Shown here in pieces: positions 12,286-25,108 of a stretch of DNA of 64,000 bases (its first letter is position 1; the number at the start of each line of letters is the position of its first letter). The notes beneath the pieces are model-generated. The model did no database searches, had not been told where the DNA came from, and was given only the letters and a program-made list of their open reading frames with translations. Made by a program: the position numbers and the translations under genes. The stretch comes from Lingula anatina. Lineage: Eukaryota > Animalia > Brachiopoda. The stretch lies in NCBI GenBank assembly GCA_051362555.1, contig CM120649.1, positions 17,932,567 to 17,996,566 on the forward strand, in the 5' to 3' direction.

Positions 12286-15200
12286 ATGCAGGTGCCTTAT
12301 TGGAAAGATCCACCGCCATATCCAGGACACTTGAGAAACTATACACAGCCTGGTAAGTTACACTTGAGAAACTGTACACAGCCTGGTAAGTTACACTTGA
12401 GAAACTGTACACAGCCTGGTAAGTTACACTTGAGAAACTATACACAGCCTGGTAAGTTACACTTGAGAAACTATACACAGCCTGGTAAGTTACACTTGAG
12501 AAACTGTACACAGCCTGGTAAGTTACACTTGAGAAACTATACACAGCCTGGTAAGTTACACTTGAGAAACTATACACAGCCTGGTAAGTTACACTTGAGA
12601 AACTATACACAGCCTGGTAAGTTACACTTGAGAAACTATACACAGCCTGGTAAGTTACACTTGAGAAACTATACACAGCCTGGTAAGTTACACTTGAGAA
12701 ACTATACACAGCCTGGTAAGTTACACTTGAGAAACTATACACAGCCTGGTAAGTTACACTTGAGAAACTATACACAGCCTGGTAAGTTACACTTGAGAAA
12801 CTATACACAGCCTGGTAAGTTACACTTGAGAAACTATACACAGCCTGGTAAGTTACACTTGAGAAACTGTACACAGCCTGGTAAGTTACACTTGAGAAAC
12901 TAAACACAGCCTGGTAAGTTACACTTGAGAAACTATACACAGCCTGGTAAGTTACACTTGAGAAACTATACACAGCCTGGTAAGTTACACTTGAGAAACT
13001 ATACACAGCCTGGTAAGTTAACCCAAGTAGTTCTTTGACAAACAGAGTGGAAATTACCCCAGGAACTGTATTAGACTAAATCATGTGCTGAATTTTTTAA
13101 GAAAACATATTTGATTTTATTTGGTTAAGTATATTATTAAACTAAGTTTTATGTCTAACCTAATTGGTCATTTACAAAGACAATCTTAGTGCAACCATAA
13201 ACCTACTGTCACATTCAGTATTAGCTTGATCCTCTTTAATATCTAAAAAATTTTTATATTAACTGCATACCCCCATTTTTTTCAGGTTACAGGCAAAGTT
13301 ACTCTGGCTCTGAGGCCAGCACAGATATTTCTTTATCCTCAAACGAGAATCTCAGCACCTCGGCTCGTCAGGACCCCCAGGGGGAAGAAAACCAGGGGGG
13401 TTTGGCCCCCGGGCACTATGACCCCGGGGACACCCTGGCTGATGACAGTATCCTAGCGCGGCTAGGTATGCCCCCCTCTGTCGAGGTGAAATCTACACGT
13501 GCTGGAACGTTTTACATCACTGGGAGACCCCAAGGTGCGGCTAACACACCTGAGGACCCGCCCATAGACTGTCAACAAATTCAACCTTTACAAGGTCAAG
13601 GTCACTGGAATGCAATGGCAGCCAATCAGAGGCTGACAAACTTGATCCAATCAAAAGACAACGACAGCGGAGGCAAGGGGAGCCCCGCCCCCACACGTTT
13701 GAGCTCAAGGGAGCAGCTAGGGGGTTACGTCAATGACCCCAAGACTTTAGGGAGCTGCTTACCCCCTCCCCCAAGATACCCCGGCCCTGCTGGGGGACAC
13801 AGGGCGACCACCCCCCAGAATCTGTACCCCCCTGCGCCTGAGAGCAGGCTCTCCCAGGAGATGCTGGACCGAGCAGGCTTGTCCAGGTCGCAGCAGGATA
13901 TTACAATGCAGTACTCTGACATGAAGAGGAGGGTCGCGGAGGGCATAGAGGTCAGAGGTCAAGGTCAAGGTGCTTATCAACAACAAGGGTAAGTGTTTTA
14001 AAAAGTTTTGATATTTATTGAGCATTTAAGAGCAGTGTTTATGTTTTGATTACAGGGTTAATGTTTTGACAGTTATGCTGTGGTTTTTTTGGAAGCCGAA
14101 TGGTAAAAGAAAGGTGCCACGATGATGCAAAACCCTGTCACATACAATATACTGATATTTCACATAATATATGGCATTTGCTTAGGTGGAAAATAGATGT
14201 GTATGCACTTTCCAGCAGTGGAGAAACCTCACAGTTGAAATTCCAGTCCAAATTTGTTATACACAAGTCATACCTATGCCAAACTTAACATTATCACAGC
14301 TTATACATTGACTCTCTCAAAGTCACTTTGTCACACCCAACACACTGTCTCTCTCACCCATCACTGTCTCACCTAACACACTCACTGTGTCTCACCCAAT
14401 GCTCTGGCCATCTCACCTAACACAACACGTTTCTATATGTCTGTAGCTGCAGACAGGAGCCTGACCATGCTGCTATAGCAGAGAGAGCTTCCCAGCTGGT
14501 GGAACTCCTTTCTAATGAGAACAGAAAGCTGAAGGAGGAGCTGGAGGGGTACTACAAGAAAGTCTCCAAGTTACAGAAGGTAGGCAGAGCTGGAATGAGA
14601 GACTAAAAACTTTTAATTTTGTTCCTTGCATCTCTGTATAGTTGATGATAGCAGGTTGAATTTATTATTTTTAAGTCAACATAAAGAGTAAGATGCTTTT
14701 GTCATCACATTAGGATTTTTACCTGGATGTAAATTAAAAATAGTGTGATTTTTATCTTTAGTCCATGAGTTTTATTGGAATTATTTTCACATATTTATGT
14801 AATGTAGTTTGTGAAGCAATATCATTAAAACTTAATGCTGGCGAAATTAACATTATGACATAGTCACATTCAAATTACTGTTTTTCTTTTTATCAAGAGC
14901 TTGTAAAATATGTGGGTATTACCTCCAATATTTCTGTGACTGTCAGTCACCATCATCAGGGAGTAAATGACTAGGGTCATTTCACCAGTTACAACATAAG
15001 GCCAGTGATTAGGGGCAATTGACCTGGATTTTCATTCCAGGTGAAATGACCCTAGTCATTTACTCCCTGATGATGGTGACTGACAGTCACAGAAATATTG
15101 GAGGTAATACCCACAAATTTTACAAGCTCTTGATAAAAAGAAAAACAGTAATTTGAAATTATACATACAGAGCTAATGAAACTGTTCTCTCATAGTCACA

Positions 15201-16483
15201 TTCCTTTAATGGTTATTGAATATTTCAACAATTTGATTTATAAACTGCAGTTTCTTTGGCTTCTAAAAAACTTTCAATTCACCAGAAAACCCCTTTTGTT
15301 TCTGATTTAGTTTGAGCTTGAAATCCAGAAGATCCAGGAGGACCATGAAGGCCTGGTGAAGTCTTCCCACAAGAGAGAACAGCTGGAGAAAGCCATGAGG
15401 GTAAGGATGGAGGGAGAGGTGAAGAAATTACAGGAGGATGTCAAAACACTCAGAGGTAAGAACCAGATACAAAGCAGCGGTGTGTTAGTTGTGACAGTGA
15501 CAGTGTGCTATTGATGAGTGTGTTAGTTGTGACAAAAGATGTGATGATGAGTGAATATGTTTGTTATGACAGTGATGATGGTATTGTGAAAGATTTTTTA
15601 TTTCATACAATTTTTTCTCAATTCAAATTGGAAATTTTTTTTATCTTGACAGTTTTCTGCCTTTGAGCAGTGCCCAGGCTCCCGTCCCTTCCTGGTTAGA
15701 AGGCCACGAAGCCACTGCTTGTAATCTTTTCTTTCAAACCAAAGCCATAACTAAATAAAAGACCAGTTTTATGTAACTAGAAGTGTTAATTTTATAGTGC
15801 ATTAGTATGAGAATGTTATTTGTGATTATAAGAGTGTGTTGATAGTTATAGGAAAAAATATTCAAAACATGAAGACATTATTACAAGCTAGACAAACGAG
15901 ATTGTTGTAGAATACAGTAGATTTCCTAATGGTGTAAACTTAGAAGTTTACTGAACATTTTTATAAAGAAATGTCAAATTGTCCCCACAGGTCACTTACA
16001 GCTGGCCCAAGCACAACTGACGACACACGAGTCTTCACAGAGCGACGCACAGGTCAAACAGGAACTGGAGAGGAAGGAGGCTTCCATTAATAAGTTATTA
16101 GAACAGAGTGAGTCAGCCTCTCCCCCCCCCCCCCCCTCTCTCTCTCTCTCTTTTTCACACACATGCATACAGTCTGCTGTTTGTAGTACATTGGAATATG
16201 TTAGTTGATGGAATATGTTAGTGGATGAGTAATTGATGAATTAATAACAAGATTGATAGATTATGCATTTCCATGAATAAACATTGCAAAAACTCTTTTT
16301 CAGACAAAGAAATGACTGCAGCAAAAGAGCGACTAGACATAGAGCTTGCAGCACAGAGGTCGACACTACAGGAACAGAGGAAACATATAGACATATTAGA
16401 CAATGCCCTCACCAATGCACAGGCCAATGTAGTCAGACTGGAGGAGGAAGTGAGTAGAGTTTATTTTATTTTATTTTATTCAT

Positions 16484-16514
<31 letters not shown>

Positions 16515-19500
16515 TTTTTTTTTTTTGCTGAAACTGAGGTGTTTAACATGGATAAATTTTGTGGATTTTTATAAAGAAGTGTTGAGCTGACAACAGAGTT
16601 CGGTTTGGTTTTGATTAAAACACTGATTACCAATATCTTACAAATAAAACTAAAAGTGTGAATGAGATGCAATGAGCAGTGGATTGTATTAAATTAACAG
16701 GATTATGTGTTATCTTATGGTACACTCTGTATGCATCCTTGACTCTAGAATAAATCTCAAAGTTATCTGTTTGTCATTCAGTTATGTTAGTTCATGTACT
16801 GTGTGGCCATTGGTAAGAAATTTTCACCTTAGTGGTAAAATAAATTTAAATCATCAGAAGAGCAGGGGGTTCACATTGCTTTTCTTCCTTCTATTTTTTC
16901 TAATTTTTATTATTATTATTATTGTTTGCAATTTAGTTAAATGGGGATTTAAAAAATGGCTGCTTTTTTGTCTTAAAAAACAAAGCATTTCAGTTTTTCT
17001 GTTGGCTTTGGTTGCAGTTGAAGAAAAAAGATCTTTACGTGGAAAGAGTCGAGCAGTTGCAGAAGGCCCTAACTTCATTACAAACAGCTAATCAGAAAAG
17101 AGAACAGATGGAAAAGAGTCTGAGAGAAAAACTGGAAAACGAAATCAAGATGCTGAAATCTCAAAAGGTAGATTTTTCTTTATGTCTTTTTTTTAACCTG
17201 TATTTAGTTATAATAAATTTAAATGATTATTTATTCCTATATTTTCCCCTTGTTAGTATTTGATGTCTCCATGGCATTATGTATCTGAAAATGAATCTGA
17301 CATAATTGTTTGAAGATAATGTTTTAGATAATTTGCTGAATAATGCTCCGGCTAAATGTTTCTTTAAACTTAACTAATAATTCTTTTTGACCAAATAATT
17401 CAATTAATTTCTGAATATACACTGAATATTGTTCTATTATTTCAGAGAGAGTCAGGATCTTCAGTTGAATCTTTTCATGAAGACACAATAGCAACACTTA
17501 CTACAGATCTGAGAGCAAAGGAAGAGAAAATTTTAGATTTAGAATCTCAACTCTCAAATGTGAGTGAATTCTATAAACACATGTCAAAACTTAGAAATTT
17601 ACCAATGCATAGCAGTTTCAGTTTCATAGTTTTGTTCAGATTTCTGATTAAAAACACAATGAAAGTAGCAGAGCTATTAATGCAGTTAATGTTCTTTATT
17701 GGAATGGTGATGTTTTCAGAAAATAGTTTTATTACCTGTGCTAGGCGCTAAGACAAAAGTAGTCATTTTTCTCCAGTCAACTAGTTTTGAAAATGTTGTT
17801 AACCTGCAATATTTTCCAAGTACATCCAAGTATATTTTCCGTATAAAGACGCACTTACTAAAAAGACAGCAAAATATTGGAGGTAAACAATATTGACAAT
17901 ACCAACTGTTGATTTAAGAAAAAAATTCCTACCTTAAAAGAATTTTGGTGTGACCACAGCTGTGGAATTCACTCAGTCTCTATTCTGTATTTTAGTGGGA
18001 ACAGAAGTACCTGGAAGAGATAGCCATGAGAGAGATTGCCTTGGATGAGGCCGCTACCCCAAAGTAAGTGGAATTATTCATATCAATCTGCTTTAAGTTC
18101 TACTTCACTTAAGATTTTATTTTTCAAAAACAGCTAGTTTTGTTTGTTTCCTTCTATTTTCCCTCTATTCCCTTACCACATCTTCTCAGGATTATTTATT
18201 TTTGTTTTGTTTTGTTTCTATATTGAAAAAATGCCCTCTCTCTTTTATCTCCCCCAATACTTTCTCCCTTAAATGACTTATCAAATATTCCAGAGTCCCA
18301 GAATGGAAAGTGACAGCCTTAGAAGGAAGGTATACAAACAGACTGTAATAACTGTTATCTGTGGATAGGGCTGTTCTAAATATTTTATCAATTTAACAAA
18401 TTATTTACCTCAACATCAACATATTCTTCTTGGATTATGGGGTGATTGCAGAAAGCTGTCTTAAAAAACTTATCCTCCGTGTATGTTTTGTGTCAAGTGT
18501 AATTGTCATGGCTTGTTCTCACGTGTCATGGCTTGTTCTTACATGTCATGGGTGCCTGTGTCATGGTTGGTTCTCACACAACATGGGTGTCTGTGTCATG
18601 GCTTGCTTTCACTTGTCATGGTTAGGTTTTACACCACCTGTGGTTGTGATTTGTCATGGGAAATCATCATGTGTCATTGGTTATTACTGGTTTTCCTGAA
18701 TCATGCCTGGTTTTCATGTACCACAAGTGGTTGTCATGGTTGGTTGTCATGTATCATGAATGGAAAATCATAATGGGAATTTGTCATGTCTCTGGTTGTA
18801 TTGAGTGGTTGTTTTTTATCATGGGAGACTGTCATTAAACTTGTCATGGGAAACTATTGTGACACTTCATGGAAAACTCATTTGTCATGGGAAACTCATG
18901 GGTTATTAGCAAGCATTCTTAATACTTTCCTGCTAATGACTACAACCACATCTTCCCCTTCATCTATTACATCATCATTCATGGGTCACCTCTAGGTACC
19001 TGGGTCACCAACTTGGTTCAGATAATCTTTACCTCTGTGGGAATGTACTCAATATGTAACTGCCACTAATATTGCTTTCTATGTATGTCGTTTGTTTGTT
19101 TGTTATAGGGATGCTCGTATCGCTGCGCTGGAAACAAACACGTCTGAGAATGAAAAGCTGTTAGCGGAGGCTCAGGTGGAAAGGTTGAAAAGTATGGAAG
19201 AGCTTTACAAGACTAACAGGCGCTGTGCCGAACTGGAGGCTAGGTATGCTGGCTTGGTGTGTGCTGTGCTGGGGGAGTGTGTTAGTTGTGATTAAGAGCA
19301 CAACCAGCACAACCGGTACAGAAGAATGGCTCAGTTTGTCACGAGTGGAATTATTATCTGTCCCAGCAGTGCTTTACTCATGTTTTGTATATTGAGAAAA
19401 TCTATAAACTTCCTAAGAGACATTCAGATTTTTCGTGAAGGGATGTAATAACCTCTTTATGTTAGATGTAATTCAGTTATATTCCAGGGCAAAGCTTGAA

Positions 19501-20601
19501 TAGATATATGAGATAACCTGTTGCATGTCAATTTGTATTTTGTTATACATGTTTCAAATCTACATCAATGTAGTTGTTATTGTTCATAATAACAATTCTA
19601 CTGTAATCTTGCAGATCTTGTTATCTTACCGGTCTTTCTGTTTTCCCAGAGTCAAGACTCTGCAAGCACAAGTGGCCGAGAAAGACGCAATGGTTCGTGT
19701 GTTACAAAAGTCTGCCAGTCGCAGCAGCAGTTACGCCAGTCTATTTTCCTCTCCCCGCCATAGTCCCCGCCCCTCCGTGACCTCCCCCACCAATAGCACT
19801 ACCAGCAGCCGCCAGAATAGCCAATTGGATACCAGTATGCCATATTTGTCCCCCAAACACGCCAAGTCAGGTGAGTAACATGTTGGTATTGACATTTCGC
19901 CATGGTGCAGATACAGGAGTGTTTCTCGATTATTAATTTATTTATTTGTATGGGTATTTTGATTCTTTTTCAGGTCTGGGAATTTTTTCGCGTCTTGGAA
20001 GATTTAATTTTTATAAAAACCTTGAGGTTATCTTGGCAACTCATTTTTGAAATATTTTGAAAGGCATTTTCTTACAACATGAATTGGTTAATATAAAAAA
20101 ATCTCTTTTAAAACAATTTTCAGCAGAAAGAAAGAAAGGAAAAATATAATAAGGTAGTCCAGTGTGGGTAATTGACAAAGATTAATAAAACGTTGACTTT
20201 CTGTTTCAGCCAGCACAGATATTGCCAGTAGCACCAATGAAAAAGAATCCACAGGTTTAACAAGACCATCATCAACACAGGTCAGTACCATGTGGACAGT
20301 ACAGAAATAATTTTTTTTTATTCATTAATTTTTTAATAATCATTATTTTTGTTTAGCATTACTGGAGTGATGGAAAAGTAGTGACATTGATTAGGGTGAA
20401 ATTATGTTTAAAACATTGTTGATAAATATTTATACAAAGGGGCACTCGGTGCTTTCCATAGACTCTATTGCCCATTGAGTGCATTTTGAGATTGAATGAA
20501 GTAATGATAATAAAAACAATATTGTTTGTATCTAGGCATTAGTCCCAGTGTCTCCTGAAGCTCCACAGGACCACGTGTCTCAACACTGTTGGCAGGTCTA
20601 G
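12286..20601 (+). CDS. AMOT: Angiomotin family protein
   Basis: Phase-consistent exons 12286-12352, 13286-13988, 14447-14579, 15311-15455, 15991-16107, 16304-16449, 17018-17167, 17446-17559, 17996-18063, 19109-19243, 19650-19870, 20210-20280, 20536-20601. Motifs: PPPY and [12 protein letters not shown], coiled coil ([29 protein letters not shown]; [14 protein letters not shown]; [22 protein letters not shown]), WEQKYLEE, C-terminal PDZ-type WQV*. The true start may lie in an upstream exon. Confidence 0.9.
12327..13019 (+). repeat. 33-bp minisatellite, 21 copies, each containing a 5' splice site
   Basis: Unit acacttgagaaact(a/g)tacacagcctg|gtaagtt, 693 bp = 21 units; copy 18 carries an in-frame TAA (12901-12903). 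Confidence 0.97.
14919..14966 (-). ncRNA. Minimal hammerhead ribozyme-like motif (inverted copy)
   Basis: Exact reverse complement of 15060-15107. Confidence 0.5.
15060..15107 (+). ncRNA. Minimal type I hammerhead ribozyme-like motif
   Basis: ttactcc-CTGATGA-tg-gtgactg a cagtcac-a-GAAA-tatt-ggaggtaa: stem I (7 bp, 1 bulge), core boxes, palindromic stem II and AATATT in place of stem III, as in Penelope-type minimal hammerheads. Confidence 0.55.
18505..18900. repeat. Degenerate (tgtcatgg)-based tandem repeat in an AMOT intron
   Basis: Many recurrences of tgtcatgg/tcatggga at irregular spacing of about 15-25 bp. Confidence 0.6.
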
Positions 20602-21934
20602 TTGACAGGACGTAGCCAGTAGAATTCAACTGTCTTGACTAGCCAGCAGTTCATCTGTATTGACTAGCCAGAAGAGTTAAACTGTGTAGACTAGTCAACA
20701 GGCTCAGCTGGATGAAACACATTAAATGTGACACTGGTCCTTACTAAACACTACTGCAGGGTTGACTTTTGATGTGGAATACTTGTCTTAATTTGACTTT
20801 TCATTGAAGGATTTTTTTTACAATTGTCTGGTACAAATCCAATTCAGTTTTGTATCAATATCCATCTATCAGTAAGGGTTTCAATCAGTTACTCTGAGAT
20901 TCAGAACAGTTTTTATTCAGCAAAGGAATTTTTTCATATCAAACTTCAACCCCTTGGTGGCAATATGGAGCAGATTTATCTCATTGGTGCTTACTTGGTT
21001 ATTTCCTATGCAATATTTATAATGGGCATGTGCAAGAGGAAACTGGAAAGTGGCTTTTCTTGAATGCAGCGACATCTATGTATTTTTGAAAGCAGAGCTT
21101 GCAAATTTTTATGATTATTCTGTAGTTTTTCATTTTTCATGATCCTTTATGAAAATATGCTGGTTCTTCTAGCTGGGTAACTATTAATGAAGGAAATGAA
21201 TTTGTGTAATTTCTGGTAGTGTAATAACTGGCAAAGCTAGAGATTATCAAAAATAAAGTCCCTTTTCAGTTCATATCTGGCAGGATTAAAGTGGATTAAG
21301 AAAAAGAACTACACTTTTAAGCATAGTTACTCAAAGAAAATCATTTCATTAGAGCACTTGACTGTGACCGGCAGTGGAGAACATGAACATTTATATTTTT
21401 CCTCTTTGATGAACTTGCCATGGCATACAAGTATATTCTTACATAGTCTATAATGAACATTGAACTTGAATGGTAACCAGAACTCTGGAGTGTTCATGTC
21501 TGAGCTGCCTTGTTGCTACTGGAAACTAAGTCCAAGCCTCAGTTTCACAAAAAGACTTAATAGGTTATTTCCCTGGTTTAGTTGAGTACGATTTTCACGA
21601 GAGTGCTCTTGATAGGTAAAATGTAACCATGTAACCTTGGTAATTAAGTTATTAGCCAGGGAATCTGACATAAGTTTTTTATGAAACTGGGGCCCCAAGT
21701 CATCTGCGTAACTCACACAGCATAATCTGAATATTGTGTTTCTGATCCAGTCCTCACTGCTAATGTTTTGAGTTTCTCAAATAGTGAAAGTAGATGTTTG
21801 CCAAGACCTGATACCAATAGGCTGTGGTGAGACACACTTATCTGATTATGTGGTGTCATGTATATTTATACAATTGGTGGGGTGGGGGAGGGGGGGGGTA
21901 GAAGGAAAAGATCAGGAAATAGAGGAAGTCAGTT

Positions 21935-21966
<32 letters not shown>

Positions 21967-24900
21967 TAATTGTATTATGGTTAGTGTAGCTAAACACCAA
22001 TCATGTGCCAAGATTCTCTCACTAGTGAAAGTTTTGCTGTAATTTTCACTGAGCTGATGGAGCTGTGAGTGAAGTGCTGTAGTCTCGGGTGGGTGCGTGA
22101 TGTCCCTTCCTTGGTGCCAGGGAAATTGTTTTTACCAATGTTGTGACCTTGACCTATTTATGCATCAACCTGACCTTGATAAAGTGCGACCTTGAACTTA
22201 TAGAGAAACTGACACGACTGAGATGGGTCTCTAAACTGCTGCGCATGGACAACATTAGGGCTTTGGAGTGTACATTAGGCTCATTCTGGCATTGTTTCAA
22301 ATTAAGCTAAGGTGAGCTTTAGAAATGAAAAACATGGTACAGCATTTCCTCTTGATATTCTGCAGTTTGTTGAAGCAGACATTTTGCCAGCATGAACCCT
22401 TTCATCTCCCAGGTGGAGCGAGAAGTACACTCACTGTTGTAAAAGTTAGTGATACTGGAGTAAAGTCTGCTCTCACATGTGCTAACGTGGTGGGGATATA
22501 GAAAACAGGAGAATGCTCATCAAGGTGCTAGTAGAGTAGTACAATTTTTTCCCACCAGATGTCAGCAGGAGCTGATCAGTTATTTGGGTAAATTAGAACA
22601 CCAGATGGAGAAAAATCATAACGTAAATGACTGTGTGGTGACCTTTTCATGACTTATGAGGGGTTTGGTAATAGAATAAGATCTTGCAGTGCCTTATGTA
22701 TTACAAAATGCCAAACAATAGCTATGCAAGAACTAGAAGGTTCAAATGACTGGAAAAGGTTTCTTCCCCTTCTCAAAGAAGATGTACTCATTTGTTTATA
22801 TGCCTTATGCATATACATATGTATTTAGACTTGAAATTGTTTTACCGCTGGTAAGGTTGTGGAATGACTTGAGAAAGGGGAAGGGAAATTAAGGTGCTCT
22901 TTTGAACAATAGCTTTTTTTAGTGCTTTGAAAAAAAGCCTGGATTTTAAGAAATAATAAAACACTGCAAAAAAGATTAATTTGGTTTGTTTTTCCTTCAG
23001 CAATACAGCTATATTATCAGGCAGACTGCAAATTTGTGGTATTTTCAACTGTCTTTTTAGTCTTGTGTCAATTGCAAAAACTGCTAATTTCAAAACACAG
23101 TCTTGATATGGAAGACGGCTTTATTTGTTCCTGAGATGACAATGACTTGACTGACATGTCAAATTGATAAAACAATAATACATTACAATAACTTTGTTTT
23201 GACTGCTGACAAAAATGATCATTAAACATCTTTCCATAAACAGCTGGCGAATAGGAAGTAACAATTATGTAACTGATATGCAACAGATATGACACCAAGT
23301 ACATACAAATAATGAAACTAATTTGCTACTTTTGCCACAATCTTACTGGTAGCTAAATGCAAGCATCTCAAATCACTGGAACTTTCACAGTAAATATTGC
23401 ATCATCAGCGCATCTTTTACCCACAACAGAAGAGGTGTGCTGACAATACTCAGCCTTGTTTCACAAAGCTCTGGCTGGCAGATTTAGCAAGTGATAGCTA
23501 TGTGACACTGCTCCCCAGTCAGCTTCCAGTAATTTTCTATTTAACTAAGGGCGGACATATGTGACAAATATCATACTGTGAAAGAGGCTATTCACTCTGG
23601 ATAGGATAATAAAATAAAACTTAATTTATTCTTTACTTAGAGACTAAACAACATCAGTCTAATGACATTTTGATCCATCACCTATGGACCTTGGTCCTGT
23701 GAATGGCAAATTTTGACAAATGTTAATAATTGATGTGATATGATTTAAAAAAAAACCAATGTTTGAAGTGGCCTGGTTCATGATATGTCTCAATGGTACA
23801 TAACTGAGGCGAGGAAGACGTAACCGTGCTAACAGTTACCATAGCAACTGTAGGATGCAATAAATTCGATCTCAGAGGAGCCTTAAACTGACAAAAATTA
23901 TAAATATTCATATAATGATGGAAATTGTCAGAAAATATTTGCATTACAATTTGAAATGTATCGACATAATAAATGCATAATTATATATCTTGACATTAAG
24001 TTATGGAATAAAACGAGCATAAATTCAAGTTTTGTACGTAGTGGCAGAAAAATTGAAATGCATGTATGAAAGAATAATCTTTCAACAAAAGATATCTGAA
24101 GAGGATATGGAGTCTCCATTTTGCAAAAATTTGATTTTAAAAAATCTAATTACACATTAAATCCCCATGCAGCCCTGGATATGTAACATTTTTAGTGAGA
24201 CAATGGAGCCCATTTTGCCCCCCCCCCCCCCCCCCCCAACACACACACACACACACCTTCACCCCCCACCCTCTACCTAAATGCAGATTGCACATTTATG
24301 CATCTCAACATAAAAATTACACTGATGAACACAGCAACTAAAACTCACCAATCAGCGAGCAGTATGTTTGTTAGAATTATGCTCTCTACAGCTGCATATG
24401 TTTCTTAGAACTTATAAAATAAATTAACCTCTAAAGTGCCACTTTATTTACATTACTCGTCAACTCCTGGTGAAATCCCCGTGTCTGGTCTTCTGGTCAT
24501 ATTTCACAGCACAGCATTATTTTAAATTATAGCATCTGGCATAATATTCATTAAGAACAGCCAACTAAGAATCAGTTTACCAAAACACGAGAACAGATAT
24601 TCCCCAAACCCTTACATATTACACAGATTTCCTTCCCACAGCAAATCTTATTGTTAAAATTTGAAAGAGAGGCCCTTTTTTATTCAAGCAAACAGTGATG
24701 TCCCCTCAGACGAGACTTGATGGGTCTGCATATCTTCACATGTATAGTAAAACATACTTACAGCACTTTGCTAAAGAAAGGCTAAAGCTTTCTAAGATTT
24801 ACAGAAACTTTAACTTTGCCCTTCAGTCTCAGCAGTTTCCACGATTTACAAAATTTCGTTGGCACAGCTTCAATTAAACTGACATTTGGTGCAGTAAAAT

Positions 24901-25020
24901 CCCTAACCTCACAGACTTGGCCTCTTTTGATCCAAAATGTCCATTTAGTGGTCAAATAGTATTTAGCCACTTATAAGAAGTCATGTTGTTCATTTGGATC
25001 TCTTCAAAATCAGAATTTGG

Positions 25021-25108
25021 CTGCATGAAGGTCAAGGGTCGACCATATGAAGGTCAGAGGTCATGTGCATGAAGGTCAAGGGTCAACTGCATGAAGGTCA
25101 GAGGTCAT
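25021..25108. repeat. 4 x 22-bp tandem repeat overlapping the DZIP1 stop codon; units carry DR1-like AGGTCAnRGGTCA
   Basis: aggtca at 25029, 25051, 25073 and 25095, each followed by one base and a second half-site. Confidence 0.8.

Larger units (their letters stand above)
14859..15203. mobile_element. Penelope-like retroelement remnant with inverted terminal segment
   Basis: 118-bp arms 14869-14986 and 15040-15157 are inverted copies with 1 mismatch. The 13-bp direct repeat catagtcacattc occurs at 14859 and 15191 (TSD). Each arm contains a hammerhead-like motif. Confidence 0.65.

Noticed and set aside
12245-13006. 253-aa minus-strand ORF ([11 protein letters not shown])n, and possible CRISPR-like appearance of the array
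   Set aside because: Antisense reading of the 33-bp minisatellite; units are contiguous with no unique spacers and the DNA is eukaryotic.
23608-23630. Opposed AATAAA signals suggesting overlapping AMOT and DZIP1 3' ends
   Set aside because: AATAAA is frequent in this AT-rich DNA; cannot be assigned without 3'-end data.
23835-23848. Perfect X-box GTTACCATAGCAAC
   Set aside because: Lies between convergent 3' ends far from any promoter; a single motif with no other support.
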